This document shows, one piece after another, positions 1 to 8,426 of a DNA stretch of 32,000 bases. The notes beneath the pieces are model-generated. The model was not told the origin of the DNA. It did no database searches and saw only the letters and a program-made list of their open reading frames with translations. Source of the stretch: Mycolicibacterium smegmatis (GTDB lineage: Bacteria > Actinomycetota > Actinomycetes > Mycobacteriales > Mycobacteriaceae); contig NZ_LN831039.1 of the NCBI RefSeq assembly GCF_001457595.1, positions 240,001-272,000 on the forward strand, read 5' to 3'. Numbering within the stretch: the first letter of the stretch is position 1; each line of letters begins with the position of its first letter. Position numbers and translations under genes: made by a program.

Positions 1-2343
1 ATCCCCGACATCACCGGTGGGTTGGGCGCCGCGGGATACGACCTGGCTCAGGCGATCGGTGCGCAGGTCATGACGTCGCTGATGGAGAGCATCAGCCTCG
101 CAGCACTCGCCCAGGCGGCCGGCATCGATCCGCAGAGCATCGCCACCGGCCTGCTCAACGAAGCGATCGGCAGTGTGCTCGGCGGCACGCTCGATCAGCT
201 TCCGATCGATCTCACGGGTGTGCTGCAGCCGCTGTTGGCGCAGGTGCTGACGCCGCTGGTGAGTGAAATTCTCGGTGAATTGCCGATCGGTGGTGCTCTC
301 GGAGATGCACTGATCGGGGTCGTGGCCGGCCTCGTGGTGTCCACGTTGGCTTTGGAGCTCTCTGACCTCGGAGCGATCGACAACGTCGGTGCGCTGCTGG
401 CGGCGCTCGGCCTCGATCTCTCCAATCCCCTCAACCTCTCCGGTGATCCGATCCCGGGCTTGAACCTCGTGACGACCGGATCACCCTTCACCTTCCTCAA
501 GCTCTTCGGCGTAGACCTTGGATGGGTGCCGCCGTTCCCCAACCCCGTGGCCGAGGACATCAACAACACCGAGTACCTGAAGGTCGGGTTGGCGGGCCTG
601 CTGGAGAACCTCGGGATCGAACTCGATCCGATCGACCTCGACATCCTCGATCTCAACCTGCTGGGTGTCGACCTCGGCGAGCTCGGAGATCTGCTCGGTA
701 TCGACCTCGGCCCGGTTGGTGGTCTTCTCGGCGGTCTACTCGGCAGTGTCGGGGTCGACCTCGACGCACTCGGCCTGGGAACCCTGGACCCCAACGAGAT
801 TCTCAACCTGCTGCCCGATGTGGTCGCGCTCCGGATTCCGATCGTCGTCGGATTCCAGCTGGGCGCGTTCGCGGCGGGCGCGGCGTACCAGCAGGTGGTC
901 GATGACCTGCCGAACCAGCCCGGCGGCGCCAACTACCAGGGCACCAATCCGCTCCTCGGCAGCTTCACGATCCTGCCGATGGTGCTGATCGACAACCCCG
1001 GTCGTGCCAATGGCGGCTTGTTCGCACGCGCCTACCCGTTGTTCCGGCTCATGGGAATCGACACCGTCACGCCCGACACCCAGGTGCAGAGCAGCACAAG
1101 CGGAGATTCGCTCCTCAACAACATCCAGCTTCTGGGTCTGACCGTGGGCGGCGCGAACCTGATCCCCATCAAGGTCGACGCGACGGCCGAGTATCTGCCG
1201 CTGTCGGACTTCGCCGCGTGGCCCAACCCGTTCACGATGACGAACAACGTTGCCGCAGCGCTGTTCCCGACGTACATGCTGCGCAACCAGAGCATCCCGG
1301 GTGTCGTCACCGATCTGACCGGGAAGGTCGTCGGCCAGCTTCTCGGCGACCTCACCGATTACCTGGCCGATCCCGGTGACGACCCGACCAAGGGGCCCGA
1401 GCTCAACATCTACTACACCCTCGATGCCAAGAGCCTGCCGTTGCTTGAGCCGACGTACCTGGCCGTCGACGTGATCAATCTGTTCACCGGCTTGAACCTC
1501 AACAATCCGATCGGCACGGCCCTGTCGCCGGCGCTCACCACGCTGGTGAATCTCGGCTACACCGACGTCAGCCGGGACGAGACTGCCGCCGGTGTCGAAT
1601 ACGTCCGCGATTTCGATGATTCCGACATCCCGACCGCTTTCGGATCGTTCCCCGACGTCGAGTGGGCCAAGGTGCCCGGCGATGTGGTGACCCAGCTCGT
1701 GCGCGGTGTGCAGAAGGCGGTCGGCGACGGCCTGGTCAACCAGAGCCCGGTGCCCAGCCCCCTCACCACACTTCTCGGTCTGCTCGGACTGGGGAACGCG
1801 CTGCCGTCGGGCGGATCGGTGCTGAACCTGCCCGACCTCAACGGCCTGCTGCCGACTGCGGGCACCACCAATGCCGCTGCGCGACAATCGGAGCCGAACA
1901 CCAAGTTCGAACCGCAGGCCATCACCGAGACGAAGGCCACCGACCCGGATACCACGGTCCTGAATCTCCCGTCACCGCAAGAGAAGACGGCGGTACCCGA
2001 GTCCACGAAGAAGGTCGGTGGCGAGGTCAAGAAGGTCGTTGCCGACATCGACGAGGCGCGCGCGGAGATCGAGGCCAAGGTGAAGAAGGCCAACGAGCGG
2101 GCGAAGGCGTCGGCGGAGAAGGCGCGCGAGCGTACGCAGAAGGCCGTCAAGGATGCCCAGGACCGGGTGAACAAGATTGCCGACAACGGTCGCAAGCAGA
2201 TCAAGGCCGTCGCCGATGGTGTCGAGAAAGCGGTGAAAGACACCAAGCAAGCCGTGAAGAAGGCCACCGCCAAACCGACCAAGAAGACCCAGGCCGGCAG
2301 CCAGAACAACGACAACGACAAGAAGGACAAAGACGCCGCTTAG
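1..2343 (+). CDS. Exported or surface protein with a PE-PPE-like alpha/beta-hydrolase region and a lysine-rich C-terminal tail (5' end outside the window)
   Basis: Frame is open from base 1, so the TTG at 22 is probably internal. The segment FTILPMVLIDNPGRANGGLFARAYPLFRLMGIDTVTPD...LPLLEPTYLAVDVINL...LVNLGY resembles the PE-PPE (PF08237) pattern. Lys/Ala-rich tail, TAG stop at 2341-2343. Confidence 0.75.
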   Translation: MPDITGGLGAAGYDLAQAIGAQVMTSLMESISLAALAQAAGIDPQSIATGLLNEAIGSVLGGTLDQLPIDLTGVLQPLLAQVLTPLVSEILGELPIGGALGDALIGVVAGLVVSTLALELSDLGAIDNVGALLAALGLDLSNPLNLSGDPIPGLNLVTTGSPFTFLKLFGVDLGWVPPFPNPVAEDINNTEYLKVGLAGLLENLGIELDPIDLDILDLNLLGVDLGELGDLLGIDLGPVGGLLGGLLGSVGVDLDALGLGTLDPNEILNLLPDVVALRIPIVVGFQLGAFAAGAAYQQVVDDLPNQPGGANYQGTNPLLGSFTILPMVLIDNPGRANGGLFARAYPLFRLMGIDTVTPDTQVQSSTSGDSLLNNIQLLGLTVGGANLIPIKVDATAEYLPLSDFAAWPNPFTMTNNVAAALFPTYMLRNQSIPGVVTDLTGKVVGQLLGDLTDYLADPGDDPTKGPELNIYYTLDAKSLPLLEPTYLAVDVINLFTGLNLNNPIGTALSPALTTLVNLGYTDVSRDETAAGVEYVRDFDDSDIPTAFGSFPDVEWAKVPGDVVTQLVRGVQKAVGDGLVNQSPVPSPLTTLLGLLGLGNALPSGGSVLNLPDLNGLLPTAGTTNAAARQSEPNTKFEPQAITETKATDPDTTVLNLPSPQEKTAVPESTKKVGGEVKKVVADIDEARAEIEAKVKKANERAKASAEKARERTQKAVKDAQDRVNKIADNGRKQIKAVADGVEKAVKDTKQAVKKATAKPTKKTQAGSQNNDNDKKDKDAA

Positions 2344-2361
2344 GCGCTCATAACCCCCCCG

Positions 2362-2421
2362 CCGAAACGGCATTCCAGCAGGAAAAGTCCGAGGACACGC
2401 CCTGCTGGAATGCCGTTTCGG
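2362..2421. terminator. 21-bp perfect inverted repeat, likely terminator or 3' stability hairpin
   Basis: CCGAAACGGCATTCCAGCAGG (2362-2382) pairs with CCTGCTGGAATGCCGTTTCGG (2401-2421), 18-nt loop, 18 nt after the stop codon. Confidence 0.8.
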
Positions 2422-2508
2422 CGTTTGCGGGGCACGACGTCTGCCGTCGCGTCGATTGCAAGAGCAAACATCTTCGGCAAAGTCAATAAAGTTGTCTGAA
2501 AAATTGTG

Positions 2509-2522
2509 GTGATCTAGATCAC
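2509..2522. promoter_or_regulatory. Candidate CRP/FNR-family binding site
   Basis: Perfect 14-bp palindrome GTGATCTAGATCAC fits GTGA-N6-TCAC and lies 53 bp upstream of the GTG at 2576. Confidence 0.5.
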
Positions 2523-2575
2523 GCTGGTGCTACGTTCCTGAGAGCAACCTGAGGGTTTCTCTGAAAGGACTGGCA

Positions 2576-4621
2576 GTGGCTACAAAACGATCCAGCCGCA
2601 AGGCGCGTGCAAAGAAGGCGGCGACGCTCAGCGCCGCTGCGATGACGGCCACAGCCCTGACTGCGGGCGTCGCTCCGATCGCGGAAGCAAACTCCGCCGT
2701 CGTCAGTCGCGAGGTCGCGCTGACGGCCGGTCCGAACTACACGCAGCTCATCACCGACTCGTCGAACAGCCTGAACAACGTCCTGTTCGCAGGGGGGAAC
2801 TTCGGCGGTGCAGCGGCCGGGCTGTGGAACCCGTTGGCCGCGGCATTTCCTGGCGGGGTGCTCCCGACCTTCTACTCGGGGACCGGACAAGAGGATCTGT
2901 CCTCCGTCGACGGATTCGTTGACGCCTTGAACGCTCTCACCGGTGTGTTCGGGGATCTGAATCTCGACGCGGTCCCCGGTCTGCCGGACGGCGCGTCGAC
3001 GGCGGTGCTAGCCGGACTGCTCCCGGGCCTGGCCCCCGCGGCCCTGGTGTTCGCGCTCGCCAACGCGCCGCTGTTGCCGGTGACGGGCATCGAGGTGTTG
3101 CTGTCCGGGCTCAGCGGCATTCGAGGTGTGACCGGGGTTCCGTCGATCGACGAGCTGATCGAGGGGTTGTCGGTGACGCAGACGACCTACTCCTCCGGGT
3201 TCGACTGGCCGATACTCGGGGGCAGTGGGAACACCACGGTGAGCAACCTGTTCGCCCAGTTGCCTGAGCAGTCCTTCGGTGACATCATCGCCGCGATCCA
3301 GGGTGAAGTGGACGTTCCGAACAATGCCCTCACCAAATTGTTTGTCGCCGGCTTGTTTGCGACAGTCAACGCCGCTCTCGGTGGCGTCGAAACCCCGTCT
3401 GTCACCGCTTGGCTGCCAAGCGGTTCCGGGAACTATTCACTTCTCGGCGGGTCATACGGCTGGTTGGCCGCGATGCCGACGCTGGTGGTCGGGCCCGTCG
3501 ATCTGGGCGCCATCGGTGAGTCGGGCACCGAGACCGTTGTGGCGATCCCGATCTTCGCGCAGGGACTCACACTGCCGATGGGGCTGGCGTCGATGGCGAT
3601 GGTGACCTCGCCCGGAGCGCTGTTCCCCACCGCGACCGGCGTGTCGACGCTCGGGGGCACAACCGTGCAGTCGTTCGGAATCCCGCTGCTGGGAATCGAT
3701 TTCAGTGTGACGAACCTGCTGCAGTCGACCTATGTCGGAACCAACGGGTTCAACGTCAACAGTGGCACCACGATAGCGGCGCTCACCACGCCGTTCGGCA
3801 CGCTGCCGATCGTATTCTCGCTCGGCGGCCTCAACGCCGGCAGCACGGGCTTCGGCTTCACATTGCCGTCGCTGTTCACCGTCGGGGTCGCGCCGTCGTT
3901 CCAGGTGGGCACCGCGCCGAATCAACAGTCGCCCGATGGCGTGATACCGGCAAGCGTGCTCAACCTCGGCCTCGAATTGCCCACGCAAACCACCGATGTC
4001 GCAAGCCTTCTCGGGCTTCCCGACGTCGGTGGTGCGGTGTCGAACGTCCTCACACCGGTGTTCAACGTGACCATCGCCCCGATCGGTGAGACGTTCACCG
4101 AGGCGCTCAACGAGCAGGCCGGCCCTCTGGTGAACGATTTCGTGAGCACGGTCGAACAACTGACCGCCGCCATTGCCGATCTGTCCGAGCAACTACCCGA
4201 AGCGGGCACGCCACCGGCCGTCGAGCAAGAGCAGAACAACATGCTGGCGGCGAAGACCGGCGACCCGGCACCTCCGAAGATCGAAGGCACTGAGGCGAAA
4301 TCGTCCGAGGGGGGTGTCACCGAGGTCGCGGCGAACACGGAGGAAACTCAGGCGGTTCTCGAGACCGGCGCGAAGAAGCCCGACGACAGTACGAAGGCGT
4401 CGGCGAAGAAGATGCGTCAGGGCACACAGCAGGCGGTCAAGAAAGCCCAGGACCGGGTGAACAAGGTCGCCGAGAATGGCCGCAAGCAGGTCAAGGCCGT
4501 CACCGACGGGGTCAAGAAAGCCGTGAAGGACACCCGCGATGCAGTGAAGAAGGCGATCAGCAAGCCGGCCAAGAAGACCCAGAGCACCGGCACCGACAAC
4601 GACAACAAGGATTCCGAGTAG
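2576..4621 (+). CDS. Secreted protein with N-terminal signal sequence and lysine-rich C-terminal tail shared with the upstream gene product
   Basis: GTG start with upstream GAAAGGA. Signal-like MATKRSSRKARAKKAATLSAAAMTATALTAGVAPIAEA. Tail AVKKAQDRVNKVAENGRKQVKAVTDGVKKAVKDTRDAVKKA matches the upstream protein tail. Confidence 0.85.
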   Translation: MATKRSSRKARAKKAATLSAAAMTATALTAGVAPIAEANSAVVSREVALTAGPNYTQLITDSSNSLNNVLFAGGNFGGAAAGLWNPLAAAFPGGVLPTFYSGTGQEDLSSVDGFVDALNALTGVFGDLNLDAVPGLPDGASTAVLAGLLPGLAPAALVFALANAPLLPVTGIEVLLSGLSGIRGVTGVPSIDELIEGLSVTQTTYSSGFDWPILGGSGNTTVSNLFAQLPEQSFGDIIAAIQGEVDVPNNALTKLFVAGLFATVNAALGGVETPSVTAWLPSGSGNYSLLGGSYGWLAAMPTLVVGPVDLGAIGESGTETVVAIPIFAQGLTLPMGLASMAMVTSPGALFPTATGVSTLGGTTVQSFGIPLLGIDFSVTNLLQSTYVGTNGFNVNSGTTIAALTTPFGTLPIVFSLGGLNAGSTGFGFTLPSLFTVGVAPSFQVGTAPNQQSPDGVIPASVLNLGLELPTQTTDVASLLGLPDVGGAVSNVLTPVFNVTIAPIGETFTEALNEQAGPLVNDFVSTVEQLTAAIADLSEQLPEAGTPPAVEQEQNNMLAAKTGDPAPPKIEGTEAKSSEGGVTEVAANTEETQAVLETGAKKPDDSTKASAKKMRQGTQQAVKKAQDRVNKVAENGRKQVKAVTDGVKKAVKDTRDAVKKAISKPAKKTQSTGTDNDNKDSE

Positions 4622-4633
4622 TCACACGGTTTC

Positions 4634-4690
4634 CGAAACGACATTCCAGCAGGGAAGGTGCGAGTGCACCCCTGCTGGAATGTCGTTTCG
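4634..4690. terminator. 21-bp perfect inverted repeat, bidirectional terminator candidate between convergent genes
   Basis: CGAAACGACATTCCAGCAGGG (4634-4654) pairs with CCCTGCTGGAATGTCGTTTCG (4670-4690), 15-nt loop. Confidence 0.8.
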
Positions 4691-4709
4691 CCCATGGGGA
4701 AGCCGGCAT

Positions 4710-5033
4710 TCAGACCTGGTGCACGGATTCCACGGTGTACTGGTGCGGGTCGAAGCTCACCGCGACCTGCGCACACTTACCCATGTGTTCGCGCGCGGCG
4801 GGGTCGTCGAGCATGGCCTTGTACGCCTCGACGCTCTGCCATTGGGCGTAATTGGCGACACGGGTTCCGTCGGCGCTCAGGTGGATGTTGGCCGAGATGA
4901 ACCCGGGCACGTGGCGCATCACCTCGTCGGTGGCTCGGCTCAACAATTCGACCAACTCGCGTGAGCGATGGGGTTCGACGGTGAACACGTTGATGAGCGT
5001 GGCGATCGGGGAGTGCTGCTGGATGATCGTCAT
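4710..5033 (-). CDS. Antibiotic biosynthesis monooxygenase (ABM) family protein
   Basis: 107 aa, MTIIQQHSPIATLINVFTVEPHRSRELVELLSRATDEVMRHVPGFISANIHLSADG, ABM-type ferredoxin-like pattern. Confidence 0.8.
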   Translation of the reverse strand: MTIIQQHSPIATLINVFTVEPHRSRELVELLSRATDEVMRHVPGFISANIHLSADGTRVANYAQWQSVEAYKAMLDDPAAREHMGKCAQVAVSFDPHQYTVESVHQV

Positions 5034-5053
5034 GATGTCTCCGATGTCAGGTT

Positions 5054-5085
5054 CCTTACATGGGAGAATGTAGCAGCATGTAAGG
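5054..5085. promoter_or_regulatory. Candidate operator for the divergent MarR-type regulator
   Basis: CCTTACATG (5054-5062), 14-nt spacer, CATGTAAGG (5077-5085), all inside the 60-bp divergent intergenic region. Confidence 0.6.
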
Positions 5086-5093
5086 TTCCTGTC

Positions 5094-5534
5094 ATGTCAA
5101 CCGTCGACGTCGAATCCGGCCCCGGTTATCTGGTCAAGCGCGTGCAGCAGGCGCTGCGACGCCGGTGCGATACGGAACTGCGAACCATCGGGCTGTCCAT
5201 GGCCCAATATGCGGTGCTGCGGGCCCTGGCCGACCATCCGACCGCGTCGGCATCCGAGCTGGCGCGGCTGTGCTTCGTGACGCGGCAATCACTGCAGGAC
5301 GTCTTGAGAGGGTTGCGAAACGGCGGACTCGTCGAGAATGCCGACGGCCCGCAGGTCGGCCGCGCCCGCGCGCTGCACCTGACCGCGGTCGGCACGAAGC
5401 TGCTCGACGAGGCGCACGCGATCGTGATCGACGTCGAGAACCAGATGGTCGGCGGTCTCTCCGCGTCGGCACAGAAGCAGCTGGCGCAGTCACTCCTGCG
5501 TTGCGCCGAGAACCTTGAAGCGGAGATCAGTTGA
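5094..5534 (+). CDS. MarR-family transcriptional regulator
   Basis: 146 aa from ATG 5094. LSMAQYAVLRALADHPTASASELARLCFVTRQSLQDVLRGLRNGGLV is a typical MarR winged helix. Confidence 0.85.
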   Translation: MSTVDVESGPGYLVKRVQQALRRRCDTELRTIGLSMAQYAVLRALADHPTASASELARLCFVTRQSLQDVLRGLRNGGLVENADGPQVGRARALHLTAVGTKLLDEAHAIVIDVENQMVGGLSASAQKQLAQSLLRCAENLEAEIS

Positions 5535-7662
5535 GGGCCAGCGCACTGCGGGTCAGCTCGGCGAGCACGGGCGACATCAGCTGTGCGTACTCGGCGGTGA
5601 TGTGGTTGTCGTCGCGGAACACCAGTGTGTTTCCGATGATGACGGGACAGCGCTGGTCGGTGCAGAAGTACTCGCCGAGGTCGGCATACTGCCCACCGCC
5701 TGCCCGCACAGCGGCGGCCTCGGCGGCAATGCCGTCGTGGTTCATCGCGATCGACCGCTCAGGCGCGCACGCCAGGGCGTCGTCCATGTGCCCGGAGACG
5801 CACGTGGGGACCGTTGCGTGCGGATCGGGCACCGGACCGAGCACCAGCACCCGCGCGCCGGTTCCGCGCAACTGTCCGACGAGCCGCGTCAGCCCGTCGA
5901 GCCAGGCCTGGTCGTAACTGACGAAGCCGAAGTCGGCGCCATAGCGGCGCACCATGTCGAGCACGATCAGCGCGGGGCGTTCACGTTCGATGCGCTCGAG
6001 CACGGTGGCACGCCACTGTTTGCACTCGGTGAACTCCCGGCCCAGGTACGGGCTGACGATCGGCAGTTTCATCAGCGGGCAGGTCACCTTCGACATGGTC
6101 TCCAGTCGCCAACCCTGCTGCCGGGCCACCGGTTCGAGCGCGGGTTGCCACATCGCCGCGTGCGAGTCCCCGATGAGTGCCACCGTGGTCGTCGAATCGG
6201 AGACGCCGGAGGCGCATTCGGGCTGCACCACGTCGTCCCACGACAGCACGCACCCGTTGACGAACATGTCGGGCTTGGTGATGTCGTCGAGGCGCGGTGT
6301 CAGGTTCGACGGCACGGCGTGCGGGTGCACCGACTGCGCGACGGCGTCGCGCAACTGCTCAGAAGGGGTCGGCGCGCGCGGGGTGGGGGGATCGACGATC
6401 GCCGCGGCGGGGACGGCCGCACCGGTCCCGGTGGGCACGGGCCGAATGGCGAGGAGCGCCAAGCCGGCGCACACAGCGATACCCGTCGCGGTGGCGCCGA
6501 CAGCCAGGCTGCGCCATGTCGATGACCGCAGCGCCGCGGCGAACCGGGCCGGGTTCTCGACGAGATGAAGGGTCAGGATCGCCAGACCGAGCGACATGAC
6601 GACCATCGCCAACCGCCCGGCCAGGCTCAGGTCGGCGCCGATCAGCACAGGCGCCAGCAGCAGCGCGGGCCAGTGCCACAGATACCACGAGTACGACACT
6701 CGTCCGATGGCCCGCAGCACGGGCTTGGACAGCAGGCGCCCGACGCCCAGATCCGGTGTCGCGCAGCCTGCCCCGATCACCAGCGCGGTGCCCAGCACCG
6801 GCAACAGCGCCGCCGTGCCCGGATACGGGGTCGCCGCACCGATCTGGTTGCAGGTCGCCAGGATCAGTGCGAGGCCGCCCCAGCCGACGACCGCGGCGCA
6901 CACCGGCGGAAGCCTGCGCCACTGCGTGGCGGTCAACGCCACGAGACCGCCGATGGCCAACTCCCACGCGCGCGTCGGCAACGAGAAGAACGCCCACGCC
7001 GGCAGCGTTCGCGTCCACAGCACGCACAGCGCCAGCGAGCCGCCCGCCAGCACCGCGAGCACCACGAAATAGGGGAGCGACGCGGTGCCGCGTCCACCGC
7101 CGGCTGATCGGCGCCGCAACCACCAGGCCACGCCGAGGATGAGCGCGGGCCACACCAGATAGAACTGCTCCTCGACCCCCAGCGACCAGTAGTGCTGCAG
7201 CGGCGAAGGTGCGGTGTCGGCCAGGTAGTCGGTGCCTTCGATGGCGAAGCGGTAGTTGCCCAGGTAGAGCGCGGCGGCGACGGTGTCACCCAGCACGTTT
7301 CGCGCCTGCAGAGGTGGCAGCAGCACAGCGGCTGCAACCGACGTCGCCACCAGCACCACCGCGGCGGCCGGAAGCAGTCGCCGGGCACGTGCCGCGTAGA
7401 AGGACGCCAGACCGACCGTGCCGGTGCGGGCCACCTCACGGACCAGCAGGCCGGTGATCAGGAAGCCGGACACCACGAAGAACACGTCGACGCCGACGAA
7501 GCCGCCGCGCAGTCCCGGCACGCCGGCGTGATAGAGCACCACGGTGAGGATTGCGACCGCGCGCAGACCTTCGATGTCGGGGCGGAACTGCGTGGCGGAC
7601 AGAATCTTCCGTCCGCTCGCGGGCTTGTCGCGTCGGGTCCGGCCTTTCGAAGATGCGGTCAC
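5527..7662 (-). CDS. Membrane acyltransferase (AT3/OafA type) with C-terminal SGNH-like domain
   Basis: FRPDIEGLRAVAILTVVLYHAGVPGLRGGFVGVDVFFVVSGFLITGLL; C-terminal VALIGDSHAAMW and DDNHITAEYAQLMSPVL. Start set at GTG 7662 because the ORF upstream of it lacks family character. Confidence 0.88.
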   Translation of the reverse strand: MTASSKGRTRRDKPASGRKILSATQFRPDIEGLRAVAILTVVLYHAGVPGLRGGFVGVDVFFVVSGFLITGLLVREVARTGTVGLASFYAARARRLLPAAAVVLVATSVAAAVLLPPLQARNVLGDTVAAALYLGNYRFAIEGTDYLADTAPSPLQHYWSLGVEEQFYLVWPALILGVAWWLRRRSAGGGRGTASLPYFVVLAVLAGGSLALCVLWTRTLPAWAFFSLPTRAWELAIGGLVALTATQWRRLPPVCAAVVGWGGLALILATCNQIGAATPYPGTAALLPVLGTALVIGAGCATPDLGVGRLLSKPVLRAIGRVSYSWYLWHWPALLLAPVLIGADLSLAGRLAMVVMSLGLAILTLHLVENPARFAAALRSSTWRSLAVGATATGIAVCAGLALLAIRPVPTGTGAAVPAAAIVDPPTPRAPTPSEQLRDAVAQSVHPHAVPSNLTPRLDDITKPDMFVNGCVLSWDDVVQPECASGVSDSTTTVALIGDSHAAMWQPALEPVARQQGWRLETMSKVTCPLMKLPIVSPYLGREFTECKQWRATVLERIERERPALIVLDMVRRYGADFGFVSYDQAWLDGLTRLVGQLRGTGARVLVLGPVPDPHATVPTCVSGHMDDALACAPERSIAMNHDGIAAEAAAVRAGGGQYADLGEYFCTDQRCPVIIGNTLVFRDDNHITAEYAQLMSPVLAELTRSALALN

Positions 7663-7734
7663 TCTGTTCACTCGAGTAACGATCGTCCCACGAGAACCTG
7701 CGGTTACCGGGGATTTGTTGCTAGCGTCGTGCCG

Positions 7735-8151
7735 ATGCGACGCAGATGGTGGACGCGCCAGGCGCCGGCAAAGGTGCTGGCGCTGGTGCTCGCGTCGGTG
7801 TTTCTGGTGGCTTGCACATCGACCGGAACGCAGGCACCTCCGAGCGAGGCGGGCGACGGCACATGCAGCCTCGCTGGCCTGCCGCCCGAGGTGGCCGACA
7901 CCGTCGACCTCATCGAGTCCGGCGGCCCGTTCCCGTATCCGCGCAACGACGGCGTCGTGTTCGGCAACTTCGAGGGACTGCTGCCCGAACACGAGCGCGG
8001 GTACTACCGCGAGTACACGGTCCCCACCCCGGGGCTCAAGCACCGCGGCGCCCGCCGGATCGTCACAGGCGGCATCCCGCTCGACGACCCACCCGAGATG
8101 TACTACACCGACGACCACTACGAGTCGTTCTGTCTGATCGGAGGAACGTGA
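7735..8151 (+). CDS. Lipoprotein barnase/RNase Sa-type guanyl-specific ribonuclease
   Basis: 138 aa; lipobox LVAC; core GPFPYPRNDGVVFGNFEGLLPEHERGYYREYTVPTP...GARRIVTGG...YYTDDHYESFCLI retains the expected catalytic Glu, Arg and His. Confidence 0.88.
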   Translation: MRRRWWTRQAPAKVLALVLASVFLVACTSTGTQAPPSEAGDGTCSLAGLPPEVADTVDLIESGGPFPYPRNDGVVFGNFEGLLPEHERGYYREYTVPTPGLKHRGARRIVTGGIPLDDPPEMYYTDDHYESFCLIGGT

Positions 8152-8426
8152 AGACGTATGAGATCGACGGATCCGCGGTGGCGTCGAAGGCCGACTTCTT
8201 CACCGAGATCGGCCGCGCGGTCAACGGCGAGGGTGGTTACTTCGGTTCGAACCTCGACGCGCTCGCGGACTGCCTGCGCGGCGGGTTCGGCACACCCGAC
8301 GACGGCAAGTTCCGGTTCGTCATCACGTCGTACAAACACGTGAAAGACGCGGTCGGGGAGGATGTCTGGAGTGCGCTGCTGACGATCTTCACCACCGAGG
8401 GCGTCGACCTGTGGCTGCGGTCCTGA
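8148..8426 (+). CDS. Barstar-family ribonuclease inhibitor
   Basis: GTG start overlaps the RNase stop (GTGA). Protein contains GYFGSNLDALADCLRGGF, a barstar signature. Confidence 0.85.
   Translation: MKTYEIDGSAVASKADFFTEIGRAVNGEGGYFGSNLDALADCLRGGFGTPDDGKFRFVITSYKHVKDAVGEDVWSALLTIFTTEGVDLWLRS

Noticed and set aside
5515-6525. 336-aa plus-strand ORF opposite the acyltransferase
   Set aside because: Antisense artefact; the opposite strand carries clear AT3 and SGNH motifs.
7663-8118. N-terminal extension of the acyltransferase ORF
   Set aside because: Would overlap the RNase gene on the other strand; the sequence before VTASSKGRTRRDK has no family character.
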